Positions 39,198-50,695 of a stretch of 64,000 bases of DNA are shown here, one piece after another. The stretch is taken from positions 186,001-250,000 of the forward strand of contig JAPDFW010000078.1 in NCBI GenBank assembly GCA_028826165.1, written 5' to 3'. Both the position numbers and the translations under genes were made by a program. The notes below the pieces were generated by a model. That model made no database searches and was not told where the DNA came from. It worked only from the letters and a program-made list of their open reading frames with translations. The DNA is from Anaeramoeba ignava BMAN. Lineage: Eukaryota; Protista; Anaeramoebae. Within the stretch, counting starts at the first letter, position 1. The number at the start of each line of letters is the position of its first letter.

Positions 39198-42100
39198 ATG
39201 AGGTATCAATTACGATCTTGGTGGCTTACTCCAATATTAGCTGAAGTAGTAGCTGAAGTTATTGGGTTAAGTGTTGTTGCTGGATTTTTTTGGACAAAAG
39301 GCACAGATTGGTTTCACAAATATTATATAACAATTCTTGGGTAAAATAAAATAAAAATTATAAAAAGAAAAAAAAACTAATAAATAAATTTTTTCTTTTT
39401 CTTTCTAATTCAGATACTATGTTGTTGCTTCAATTACTTTAGGTCATTATTTTAAAACAAACGGCAAACCTAATATTCATGGTTTCTTTAGACATGTTAT
39501 TGCTATTTTATGCGGTAATTTCTTCTTTTGTTTTAATTCCTAAATCAAATGATGACTAATAAATTTGCTCTTTTATTCTGCTTTTGTTTTTCTTTTTTTT
39601 TAAAATAGGAATTGAATTTTATTATCTTCATGAAGATTTATATCTTCATTGGTTTGGGATTGATCCTAAACTTCTTCAAGCTGCTCATTTCTTATGTAAT
39701 TATTTATTTTATTTATTATTTATTTATTAATTAATTATTTAATTAATTATTTATTTAATTTAATTCCAAATAAATCTTTTATAGGGATTGTTTTTGGTTT
39801 CTTTTTCGCCTCTTTTGATGACACTTTTTTCTGGGGATTTTTAAGTAAATGGATGAAATTTAATTGGATTAAAGCCATTTTCTGGTTGTTGGTTGTTTGG
39901 TTGTTCTGGTATATTTTCTTTTACACTCCTCTTGTTTCAGATGCTAAAGGAACATTCCAATCAGAGAAGTTTAATCAAACTTTAGCTGTTATGCAGGTAA
40001 ATATAAAATGAAAATATTTATAAAATAAAATGAAAATATTTATAATATAAAATGAAAATATTTATAATATAAAATGAAAATATTTATAATATAAAATGAA
40101 AATATTTATAATATAAAATGAAAATATTTATAATATGAAATGAAAATATTTATAATATAAAATGAAAATATTTATAATATAAAATGAAAATATTTATAAA
40201 ATGAAATGAAAATATTTATAAAATAAAATGAAAATATTTATAAAATAAAATGAAAATATTTATAAAAAAAATGAAAATATTTATAAAATAAAATGAAAAT
40301 ATTTATAAAATAAAATGAAAATATTTATAATATAAAATGAAAATATTTATAATATGAAATGAAAATATTTATATTATAAAATGAAATGAAAATATTTATA
40401 AAATGAAAATATTTATAAAATGAAATAAATTGAAAATAAAAATATTTATAATATAAAATGAAAATATTTATAAATGAAAATGAAAATATTTATAATATAA
40501 AATGAAAATATTTTAATATAAAATGAAATGAAAATATTTTAATTTAAAATGAAAATATTTATTATGGTTGAAAATATTTATTGGTATAAAATTTTTATAA
40601 CATAAAAATGTGGATATTTATAAAAAAAATGGAAAAATGATATAATATAAAATGAAAATATTTATAATATAAAATGAAAATATTTATAAATAAAATGAAA
40701 ATATTTATAAAATAAAATGAAAATATTTATAAAAATAAAATGAAAATATTTATAAAATAAAAAGGATATTTAGAAAATATTTATAAAAATAAAATGAAAA
40801 TATTTATAATAAAATGAAAATATTTATAATATAAAATGAAAATATTTATATATTGGAAAAATAAAATGAATTTTTATAAAATGAAAATATTTATAAAATG
40901 AAATGAAAATATTTTAATTTAAATTTGATTTTATTAAAAATTGATTAGTAATGGTGCTGATTAAAATGGTATACACTTTCATACATTCGTGGATAGTTTT
41001 GCATGGAAAAATGATTTAAAATTGATCATGTTTGGAAAAATTTGTATTCCAATATAAATTTCTTTTGCAGTTTCAAAGGAGTTTGGAAAGATAAATACAC
41101 AAAAGCTGAAATTTGGCATCATGTTCTTTATTTTGTAAGTTTGGAAATTTTTGGAACTTTTCTATAAATATTTGATTTAAATTTGATTTAAATTTGATTT
41201 AAATTTAAATTTGATATAAAATTGATTTAAATTTGATTTAAATTTGATTTAAATTTGATTTAAATTTGATTTAAATTTGATTTAAATTTGATTTAAATTT
41301 GATTTAAATTTGATTTAAATTTGATTTAAATTTGATTTAAATTTGATATAAAATTGATTTAAATTTGATTTTAATTTAATTTAATTTAAAATTGATTTAA
41401 ATTTGATTTTAATTTAATTTAATTTAAAATTGATTTAAAATTGATTTAAAATTGATTTAAATTTGATTTAAATTTGATTTAAAATTGATATAAATTTGAT
41501 TTAAAATTGATTTAAATTTGATATAAAATTGATTTAAATTTGATTTAAATTTGATTTAAATTTGATTTAAATTTGATTTAAAATTGATTTAAATTTGATT
41601 TAAATTTGATTTAAATTTGATTTAAATTTGATTTAAATTTGATTTAAATTTGATTTAAATTTGATTTAAATTTGATTTAAAATTGATTTAAATTTGATTT
41701 AAATTTGATTTAAATTTGATTTAAAATTGATTTAAAATTGATTTAAAATTGATTTAAATTTGATTTAAATTTGATTTAAATTTGATTTAAATTTGATTTA
41801 AAATTGATTTAAATTTGATTTAATTTCGATTTAAAATTGATTTAAATTTGATTTGATTTAAATTTGATTTGATTTGATTGAATAAATAAAAAAGGGAACA
41901 AGCCCATTAGCACCTTTGATTGAAGCAGGATTATACACAAACAATTTCCGAAATCAATTTAACGAAGGAAAAGAGAAACTCAAAGACAGAAAAGTGACAG
42001 GAAAATATCCAAAACTAACAGAAGTTAATTCAGGAAAAAAAGCAATTTTGAGAGGACTTAATTTATTGATTGGGACACTCCTTCAGTACTTTGCTTACCA

Positions 42101-42332
42101 AGTCATAATCTGCAAATTCAATGCAATGGGAGATGCCCATCATGAATGGATTCATAAAGAACTCTTGACTTACAACTTCTCAGTTAGAATTGTCCAATTA
42201 ACACACCATTGGTTTAATTCAAGAATTTTCTTTGTCAAACCTGTTTATGCTCCTCCAAAAATTGAAAGTGAATTTGAACCTGTTCTTGAGAGTGATGATC
42301 TTAAAGAAAAAGATAAAGAAAAGATGAATTAA
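39198..42332 (+). CDS. Hypothetical multi-pass membrane protein, Trp/His-rich, about 6 exons; exon near 40950-41134 disrupted or mis-sequenced
   Basis: In-phase GT-AG exons 39198-39340, 39414-39513, 39610-39696, 39785-39996 and 41895-42332 encode several hydrophobic helices; family not recognised. Confidence 0.75.
40000..40915. repeat. Intronic 22-mer minisatellite AAAATGAAAATATTTATAATAT
   Basis: Direct reading; degrades after about 40550. Confidence 0.93.
41168..41880 (+). repeat. Intronic 11-mer AAATTTGATTT satellite
   Basis: Direct reading. Confidence 0.95.
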
Positions 42333-42587
42333 TATTTTTGTTCCACTTTTTCTTTTTTTTCTTTCTCTTTTCTTTTTTCCTTCTTTTTTAGGAATTTTTT
42401 TAACAATCAAATACTTTTTTTTTTCTTTGATGAAGAAGGAAAATAAAGAAAAATTAATCAAATTAATTTCTTTTTTTTAATTTTTTTTTTTCCAAACATT
42501 ATAAAAGAATGAATTAAAAAAAACATTTTTTTTTCTTCCATTTTTTTAATTTTAAATTTATTTCAATAAAATCTTTAAAAAAAAACA

Positions 42588-44166
42588 ATGAAAAATCAAA
42601 AAATTGCTTATTCTTTAGGAATTGATGAATCTGGAAGGTAATTAATAATTAATAATAAAATTACAAATAAAATTAATAATAGAAATTATTGAATATTTTT
42701 GTTTAGAGGATGTATTTTAGGTGAGTTTTGCAAATAAAATTAAAAAATCAATTTAAAAAATCCAAATTAAAAATAATTGAAAAGGTTCAATGATTTTTTC
42801 AAGTTGTGCTTGTCCAAAAGATAAACAAAAAGAACTGATTGATTTTAAAGTTGATGATTCAAAAAAATTAACAAGTAAACAAAGATATAAATTATTTACT
42901 AAAATTCGAACAAGAACATCCTGTATTTTCCAACTTAAGATTATTAGACCAGAAGAAATTTCAGCCAAAATGCTTCGTTCAAATAAAGATAATCTGAATC
43001 AAATTTCACATGATGCAGTTATACATTTGATTTCATCAGCATGCAAGTCATTATCTATTTGCGAAGTTTTTGTAGATACAGTTGGGTAAGTAGTTTAAAA
43101 TTGATTTAAAATTGATTTAAAATTGATATAAAATTGATTTAAAATTGATATAAAATTGATTTAAAATTGATATAAAATTGATTTAAAATTAATATAAAAT
43201 TGATATAAAATTGATTTGAATTTGATATAAAATTGATTTAAAATTGATTTAAAATTGATATAAAATTGATTTAAAATTGATATAAAATTAATATAAAATT
43301 GATTTAAAATTGATATAAAATTAATATAAAATTGATTTAAAATTGATATAAAATTAATTTAAAATTGATTTAAAATTGATTTAAAATTGATTTAAAATTG
43401 ATTTAAAATTGATTTAAAATTGATTTAAAATTGATTTAAAATTGATTTAAAATTGATTTAAAATTGATTTAAAATTGATTTAAAATTGATTTAAAATTGA
43501 TTTAAAATTGATTTGAAATTGATATAAAATTGTAAAAAAATATCTTTTAAGTCCGACTAAACAATTCGAACAATTATTGAGAAGTAATTTCAGATCTATC
43601 CCTAAAATTGTTGTTACAACTCAAGCTGATACAAAATATGCAATTGTTAGTGCTGCAAGTATTTGTGCTAAACATACTCGTGATAGTTTATTGAGGAAAT
43701 GGGTTTTTATTGAAAAAGGATTGTCAGTTAATAAAAATTTTGGATCAGGATATCTTAGTGGTAATTTCAACAAATGATAAAAAAATTTTTTCAATTTCTT
43801 TGTAATAAAAAGTGGAACAAAACAAAACAAAACAATTCTTCTTATAGAATCAGTTGTTCATTCTTGGTTGAAAGAAAATATAGATGATATTTTTGGATTC
43901 CCAACAATAGTTCGTTTTAGTTGGTATCCTACTTTGGAATTAATGAAAAATAATTGTGTTAGAGTGAAAAAGGTGTCAAAATAAATGAAAATGAAAATGA
44001 AAATGAAAATGAACAAGAAATAGATTCAAATGGAAAAGGAGGAAGAATCAAAAGAAAAATTCAATTCAATCAAAAAAAAAAGAAAAACAAGAAAAACAAG
44101 AAAAACAAAAGATCCTCTTTTTTTGCTAAAAGAATGATTGAATCAGTTAATGTTTTGGATCTTTAA
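42588..44166 (+). CDS. RNASEH2A: Ribonuclease H2 subunit A; includes a 14-nt microexon; 3' end frame uncertain
   Basis: GIDESGRGCILGSM, VDDSKKL, NLNQISHD, VFVDTVG, ADTKYAIVSAASICAK..RD, GSGY, FGFPTIVRFSW. Confidence 0.92.
43095..43532 (+). repeat. Intronic 11-mer AAAATTGAT(T/A)T satellite in RNase H2A
   Basis: Direct reading. Confidence 0.95.
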
Positions 44167-44528
44167 ATGAATAAATAAAATAAAATAAAATAAAAAGGGA
44201 AAATAAATTTTTAATAAGATAATAAATTTCGCTTTTTTTTTTATTTGTTTATTTGATTACTTTCAAAATGATTTGTTCAGGATTTGTTTACTTTTTGAAT
44301 TCTTTATTTAAGTAATTTTCTTTCTTTTTATTTTTTTAAAATTAAAAAGGAGAAAAAAAAAGGAGAAAAAAAAAAATAAAAACAAAAAAAAATTTTTTTT
44401 CTCTTTTTTTAATTTAAATTTTTTAATTTTAATTTTCATTTTTTCCTTTCGTTCTTTCTTTTTGTGTTTTCTTTTTCATTTTTCATTTTCATTTTTCATT
44501 TTTTTCTTTCTTTTTTGTTTTTAAATAA

Positions 44529-47500
44529 ATGTCAGACGAACGTAAAAAGCGTATTTTTGTTGGGGGAATTAGTTGGAAGGTTAGTTAAATGATTTAAATA
44601 AAAAAATAAAATAAAAAACACACAAAAACAAAAATATAAATATAAATATAAATATAAATATAAATATAAAAAATTTCCAAAACAAAATTAACAAAAAATA
44701 AAAAAATAACGAACTCTCAAATAAAACAAATATAAATATAAATATAAATATAAATATAAATATAAATATAAATATAAATATAAATAATATAAATATAAAT
44801 ATAAATAATATAAATATAAATATAAATATAAATCATAAATATAAATATAAATATAAATATAAATATAAATATAAATATAAATATAAATATAAATACAAAT
44901 ATAAATATAAATATAAATATAAATATAAATATAAATATAAATATAAATATAAATATAAATATAAATATAAATATAAATATAAATATAAATATAAATATAA
45001 ATATAAATATAAATATAAATATAAATATAAATATAAAAAATAAACATAATATATAAATATAATTAGAAATAGAAATAGAAACAGAGAAACAAAAAATAAA
45101 AATAGAAATAGAAATATAAATATAAATAGAAATATAAACATAAATATAAACATAAACATAAACAGAAACAGAAAAAATAAAATAGAAACATAAAAATATA
45201 AAAATAAAATATAAACATAAAATAAAAATATAAAATAAAATTAGAAAAAGAAATAAAAAGAAATATAAAATATAAATATAAATATAAAATAAAAATAAAA
45301 ACATAAACATAAAATATAAATATAAATATAAATATAAATATAAATATAAACATAAAATATAAATATAAATATAAACATAAACATAAATACATAAATATAA
45401 ACATAAAATATAAATATAAATATAAACATAAAAATAAAAATATAAACATAAACATAAAAATAAATATAAAATATAAATATAAATATAAATATAAATATAA
45501 ACATAAAATAACATAAATATAAAATATAAATATAAAATATAAACATAAATATAAACATAAAAATAAAATATAAAATAAAACATAAAAATAAAAATATAAA
45601 ATAAATATAAACATAAAATATAAACATAAACATAAATATAAAAATATAAACATAAATATAAAATATAAACATAAAATAAACATAAATATATAAAAAAAGC
45701 AACATAAACATAAAAATAAAAATAAAAATAAATATAAATATAAATATAAACATAAATATAAAACATAAATATAAATATAAAATATAAATATAAATATAAA
45801 TATAAATATAAATATAAATATAAATATAAATATAAACATAAACATAAACATAAATATAAAATATAAATATAAACATAAAACATAAAATATAAATATGAAT
45901 ATAAATAAAATATAAATATAAATATAAAAATAAAAACATAATGAAATATAAATATAAATATAAATATAAATATAAATATAAATATAAATATAAATATAAA
46001 TATAAATATAAATATAAATATAAATATAAATATAAATATAAATATAAATATAAATATAAATATAAATATAAATATAAATATAAATAAAAAATAAAAAAAA
46101 AATAAATAAAAATATCAAATATAAAATAAAAACAAAATATAAATATAAAATAAAATAAAAATATAAATATAAATATAAATATAAATATAAATATAAATAA
46201 TAAATATTTAAACAAATTATTTTTAATGTTGACTTATAAATTCAAATAGGCTGATGAATCCAGCTTAACAAATTTTTTTTCGGCTTATGGACCTGTTGTT
46301 GAATGTAAAATTATTATGGATCGTGATACAGGAAACTCTAAAGGTTATGGATTTGTTACATTTGCAAATGAAGAAGATGCAAATAAAGTTAAAGCTCTTG
46401 GAAATGTCACATTTTTAGAAAAAAATGTTTGCTTTCTAAATTATTAGAATTAAAATTAAAATTAAAATTAAAATTAAAATTAAAATTAAAATCAAAATTA
46501 AAATTAAAATTAAAATTAAAATTAAAATTAAAATTAAAATTAAAATTAAAATTAAAATCAAAATTAAAATTAAAATTAAAATTAGAATTAAAATTAAAAT
46601 TAAAATTAAAATCAAAATTAAAATTAAAATTAAAATTAGAATAAAATTAAAATTAAAATTAAAATTAGAATTAAAATTAAAATTAAAATTAAAATTAAAA
46701 TTAAAATTAAAATTAAAATTAAAATTAAAATTAAAATTAAAATTAAAATTAAAATTAAAATTAAAATTAAAATTAAAATTAAAATTAAAATTAAAATTAA
46801 AATTAAAATTAAAATTTATTTATAAAATTATAATTAAAAAAGATGAATGTTGGAGATGCTTACAAGAAAAAAGATTACGGACCAAAACAACAAACACAGA
46901 CAAGACAACAAGATTTCAAACACAACTACACACAACAAATGCGTCAACAACCACAACAGATGACAGGACAACAAATGCCAGTTCAAATGGGACAACAACA
47001 AGGAGCATATCCCGCATATCAATCACCTCAATACGGTAAGTAATCTCAAGAAATTTTTTATTCATGTTTTGTTTGTTTTTTCAAAAAATTTTTATAAAAC
47101 AAAAAAAAAACGGATTCTGAAAAATCTTGTGCTTTTATTAACATTTTTTTTTGGAATAATTGCATATTGATTTTTTGGTTATTTTCCGTTTATTATTTCT
47201 TAATTTTTTTCAACTTTTTTCTTTTGGATTGTTTTTTATTCCATTTCTTTCTTTTATTTATTTATTTATTTTATTTATTTTATTTCTTTTGTTTATTTTT
47301 TTGTGTTCTTTTGCTTTTCTACTTATTTTTTTTCAGTTTCATATCTTAGTCAATATTATGGTGAGGAAGTTTTTTTTTTTCTTTTTTAAACTTATTCCAC
47401 TTTTTTTTTTAATTTTATTAATTTTTCAATTTCAAAATTTATTGGATAATCATAAAATATTAATTTCGGAAAAATTTGTTTTTTAAAAAAATATAGGACA

Positions 47501-47840
47501 AGATTTCATTCAAAACCCTTATGCTTATCAAAATATATTCAATCCAACTCAACAAAATACAGTAATTTCTTGTTTCCTTCTTTTTTATTATATTTATTGA
47601 ATTAAAATTTAAAATTTAAAATTTAAAAATTAGGCTATTGATCCTAATATTCAACTTCAATTACAACAACTTCAATTACAACAACAACTTCAATTACAAC
47701 AGCAACTTCAATTACAACAACTTCAACAACAACAACTTCAACCACAACAACAACAACAACCACAACAACAACAACAACAAAACCCTCAATATCCAATGTC
47801 CCCAAAATCTCTAACTTCCCAAAATGCTCGATTCAATTAA
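44529..47840 (+). CDS. Single-RRM RNA-binding protein with Y/Q-rich and poly-Q tail, BOULE/DAZ-like (exons 44529-44579, 46250-46426, 46843-47035, 47337-47360, 47497-47561, 47634-47840)
   Basis: RNP2 IFVGGI, RNP1 KGYGFVTF, post-[12 protein letters not shown]; all splice phases consistent. Confidence 0.88.
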
Positions 47841-48240
47841 ATTTTTTCTTTGTTCTCTTGTTTTTTTTCCTTTTTCAGTTCGTTTGATGGTTTTTTTTGT
47901 TTTTTTTTTGACGAAATAGTGATTTTTCTTTTTGGTTTTGGTTTTGGTTTTGGTTTTTTTCTTTCATTTTTTTGGAATTCTTTTCTATTTTTTTTTTCAA
48001 TTTTTCTTTTTTTCATTTTTCTTTTTCATTTCTCAATTTTCTTTTTCAATTTTCTTTTTTGAAATTTTTTTTTTGATTTCCCAAATAAATTTGCTTTTGT
48101 TCCTTAAGCAACAAAAATCAAAAATCAAAAATCTTTATTTTAATCTTTTTATTTTAATCTTTATTATTTTAATCTTTATTATTTTAATCTTTATTATTTT
48201 AATCTTTTTTATTTTAATTTTTATTTATTTAATCTTGTTT

Positions 48241-50487
48241 CTATTTACGATTTTTATTTTTATTCATTTGCATTTTAACTTTTTTTGGGATTTTATGACT
48301 TCTTTTTTCACGATTTTGTTCTTTAACTTCTTTTTTATGATTTTTTCTCATTTGTTTGGCTTCTTGTGATTTTCTATTAATTTTTGGTTTTCTTTCATTT
48401 TCAATTTCTTTTTCATTTTCATTTTCATTTTCATTTTCGTTTTTATTTTCGTTTTTATTTTCGTTTCATTTTCGTTTTCATTTTCATTTTCATTTTTATT
48501 TTCATTTTCGTTTTTATTTTCATTTTCAATTTCATTTTTATTTTCAATTTCATCTTCATTTTCATTTTCATTTTCATTTTCAATTTCATCTTCATTTTCT
48601 TTTTCTTTTTCAATTTCAATTTCATCTTCATTTTCATTTTCATCTTCATCTTCATCTTCATCTTCATCTTCATCTTCATCTTCACCTAAAATTTCAGGAT
48701 ATTCAGCACCTCCTGTCATTTGAGGATTCAAACCAATAACAGAACCAAAAAACATATCATTGACATCACCTTTTTTTGTTTGTTCAAAATATTCAATAGG
48801 ACTTTTAATATCTTCAAGTTCTCTTGGAATAAAAGAATTCATAAACATTTCATCAAGTTTTTCAATTTCTTCAGCTTCTTCTTTTGTTCTATTTTCAACA
48901 ATAGAACGTTTTTTTTCAATCCATTGATTTTCATTTTCATCAGTGATTACAATGTCTGTTACATAATCAAATAATTCGCGAACATTCCAAACTTTGACTC
49001 CGTTTTTATCAAAAAATCTTGTAATATTTAAGCAATCCTTTTTGAGGAATTCAAGTGCATTTGGGTGATCGTGCTCAAGCGATTGCGAAACATCAATAAC
49101 CCAAGGTTCTGAATCAAGGTAAAGAATATTATACTATTGATTTTTTAATAAATTTCAAATTTAAATGTAAAAATTTAAATGCAAAAATTTAAGAAATACT
49201 TCGTTGAAATCAGCATGGACGAGTTTCACTTTTTGATAGAGTTTTCTCATAATCGGAACAATTTTGTAATAAAGTTCAGTCGCTTGTTTTTGATTTAAAG
49301 TGACATCTTTGAGTCTTGGAGCTGGAATGCTTTTCTTTCCAATCAAAGACATGACAAGAACGTGATCTTTCAAAACAAAAGGAATTGGACAACTTTTGTG
49401 CATTTCATGTTAATAATTTTTTTTTTTAAAAATTTTTGTTAATTTCAATTTCATGTTAATAATAAATTTTTTTTTTATTATAATAAAATTTTAATGAAAT
49501 ACGGAATTCCAAAATTTTGCATTCTTTTTAAATTTCTGAGCTCTTTTTCAGCCCATAATTTAACCAATTTCCTAGGATTACTGGGATATCTCATGTATTT
49601 AGTGCGGTGTTCACCACTAAAATATTTTTGCCGATCTTTAAACTCCATCATTGCGGTTTTGAAAACCTTGACAGCAAGATCAATTTGGAAAGCAGAGAAA
49701 TCCTTCAAAGAATCAGGAGAAGAAGATTTAAGCGCATCTGTATTGCCGACTGCGTGGAAAACATTGCTCTCCTTTCCTGTCGCAATGCATCCGTTGACTT
49801 CGCTGATATCTCCGTTGTTGATCAACTTGACCAAAATAAGTCGTGTTTTTGGATCTAATGCTTGCTCGTTTGTTGCGATTGATTCTTTTGTTTTTTTTTT
49901 GCGTCGGTTTGCAACTCGATCTACGCGAACAATTTGCTTTGTTACATGCTGGTTATTCTTTGCCAAGAAATCAAACGGAGTGTTTCCGTTTTTGTCTTGT
50001 AGAAGATCATTTGCGATATTATGGCGTGCTTTAACATATTTAGAATATTGTAAAATTTGGGGATCGTTTTCATTATCGTTATCATTATCATTATCATTAT
50101 CATTATCATTTTTATTTTTATTTTTATTTTTATTTTTATTCTCAATATTATTTTTTTTTGCTCTTTCTTTTTGCTTTCCTGCGTTTTCTGAGTTATCTTG
50201 GAATTCTTGGCTCTCGTAATCTTGGTATTGTTGTTCCAAATAGTCTTCTCCTTCAACCACAATTTCGATTCCTTGATCTTTATCTTCAACTTCTTCATTT
50301 TCTCGATCGAATTCTTGTTGCAAAGCTCTTGCTAAAATTTCGTCTGATGTTTCTGTTGATGTTTGTAAAGGTTTTTGCAAGTTTTGTTGTTGTTGTTGTT
50401 GTTGTTGTTTTTCTTCAAGATCAAATTGTTCTTGAAGTTGTTTTGCTAATTTTTCATCTTCATTAAGATTATTTTTAATGTAGACAT
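48241..50487 (-). CDS. RIOK1: RIO kinase, RIOK1-type catalytic domain and C-terminus; 3 exons; apparent frameshifts near the start and in the acidic repeat
   Basis: LDPKTRLIL, NGCIATGKESNVFHA, AVKVFKT, FKDR, NPRKLVKLWAEKELRNL, PAPRLKD, VHADFNEYN, IDVSQSLEHDHP, FIPREL, KEQNREKR..KIPK. Confidence 0.92.
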
Positions 50488-50580
50488 TTTTTTAAAAAAT
50501 TTTTAAAATGAAAAAAATGAAAAAAAAATAAAAAATGAATTTTTGTTTTTATTTTGTAAAAAAATTTTTTCCTTTAATTG

Positions 50581-50602
50581 ATGACGTAATTTATGACGTA
50601 AT
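50581..50602. promoter_or_regulatory. Tandem ATGACGTAAT bZIP-type sites upstream of the RIO kinase
   Basis: ATGACGTAATTTATGACGTAAT in otherwise CpG-free intergenic DNA, about 95 bp from the ATG. Confidence 0.45.
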
Positions 50603-50695
50603 TTGTTTGTTTGTTTTCTTTTCTAAAATTAAAAAAAAAAAAAGATTAAAAAATTGAAATTTAAAGAAGGAAATTTCTTTCTTTCTTTTTAATTT

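Noticed and set aside
40921-41134. In-frame TAA suggesting stop-codon reassignment
   Set aside because: TAA, TAG and TGA all end genes normally in this window; this segment also has frame breaks and borders degraded repeat, so it is probably low-quality sequence
44688-46644. Long ORFs of IYIY, YLYL, FIFI, LKLK and ISIS type (also 2948-3145, 5285-5590, 16071-16436, 22992-23570, 36304-37052, 53091-54423)
   Set aside because: Stop-free translations of intronic hexamer microsatellites
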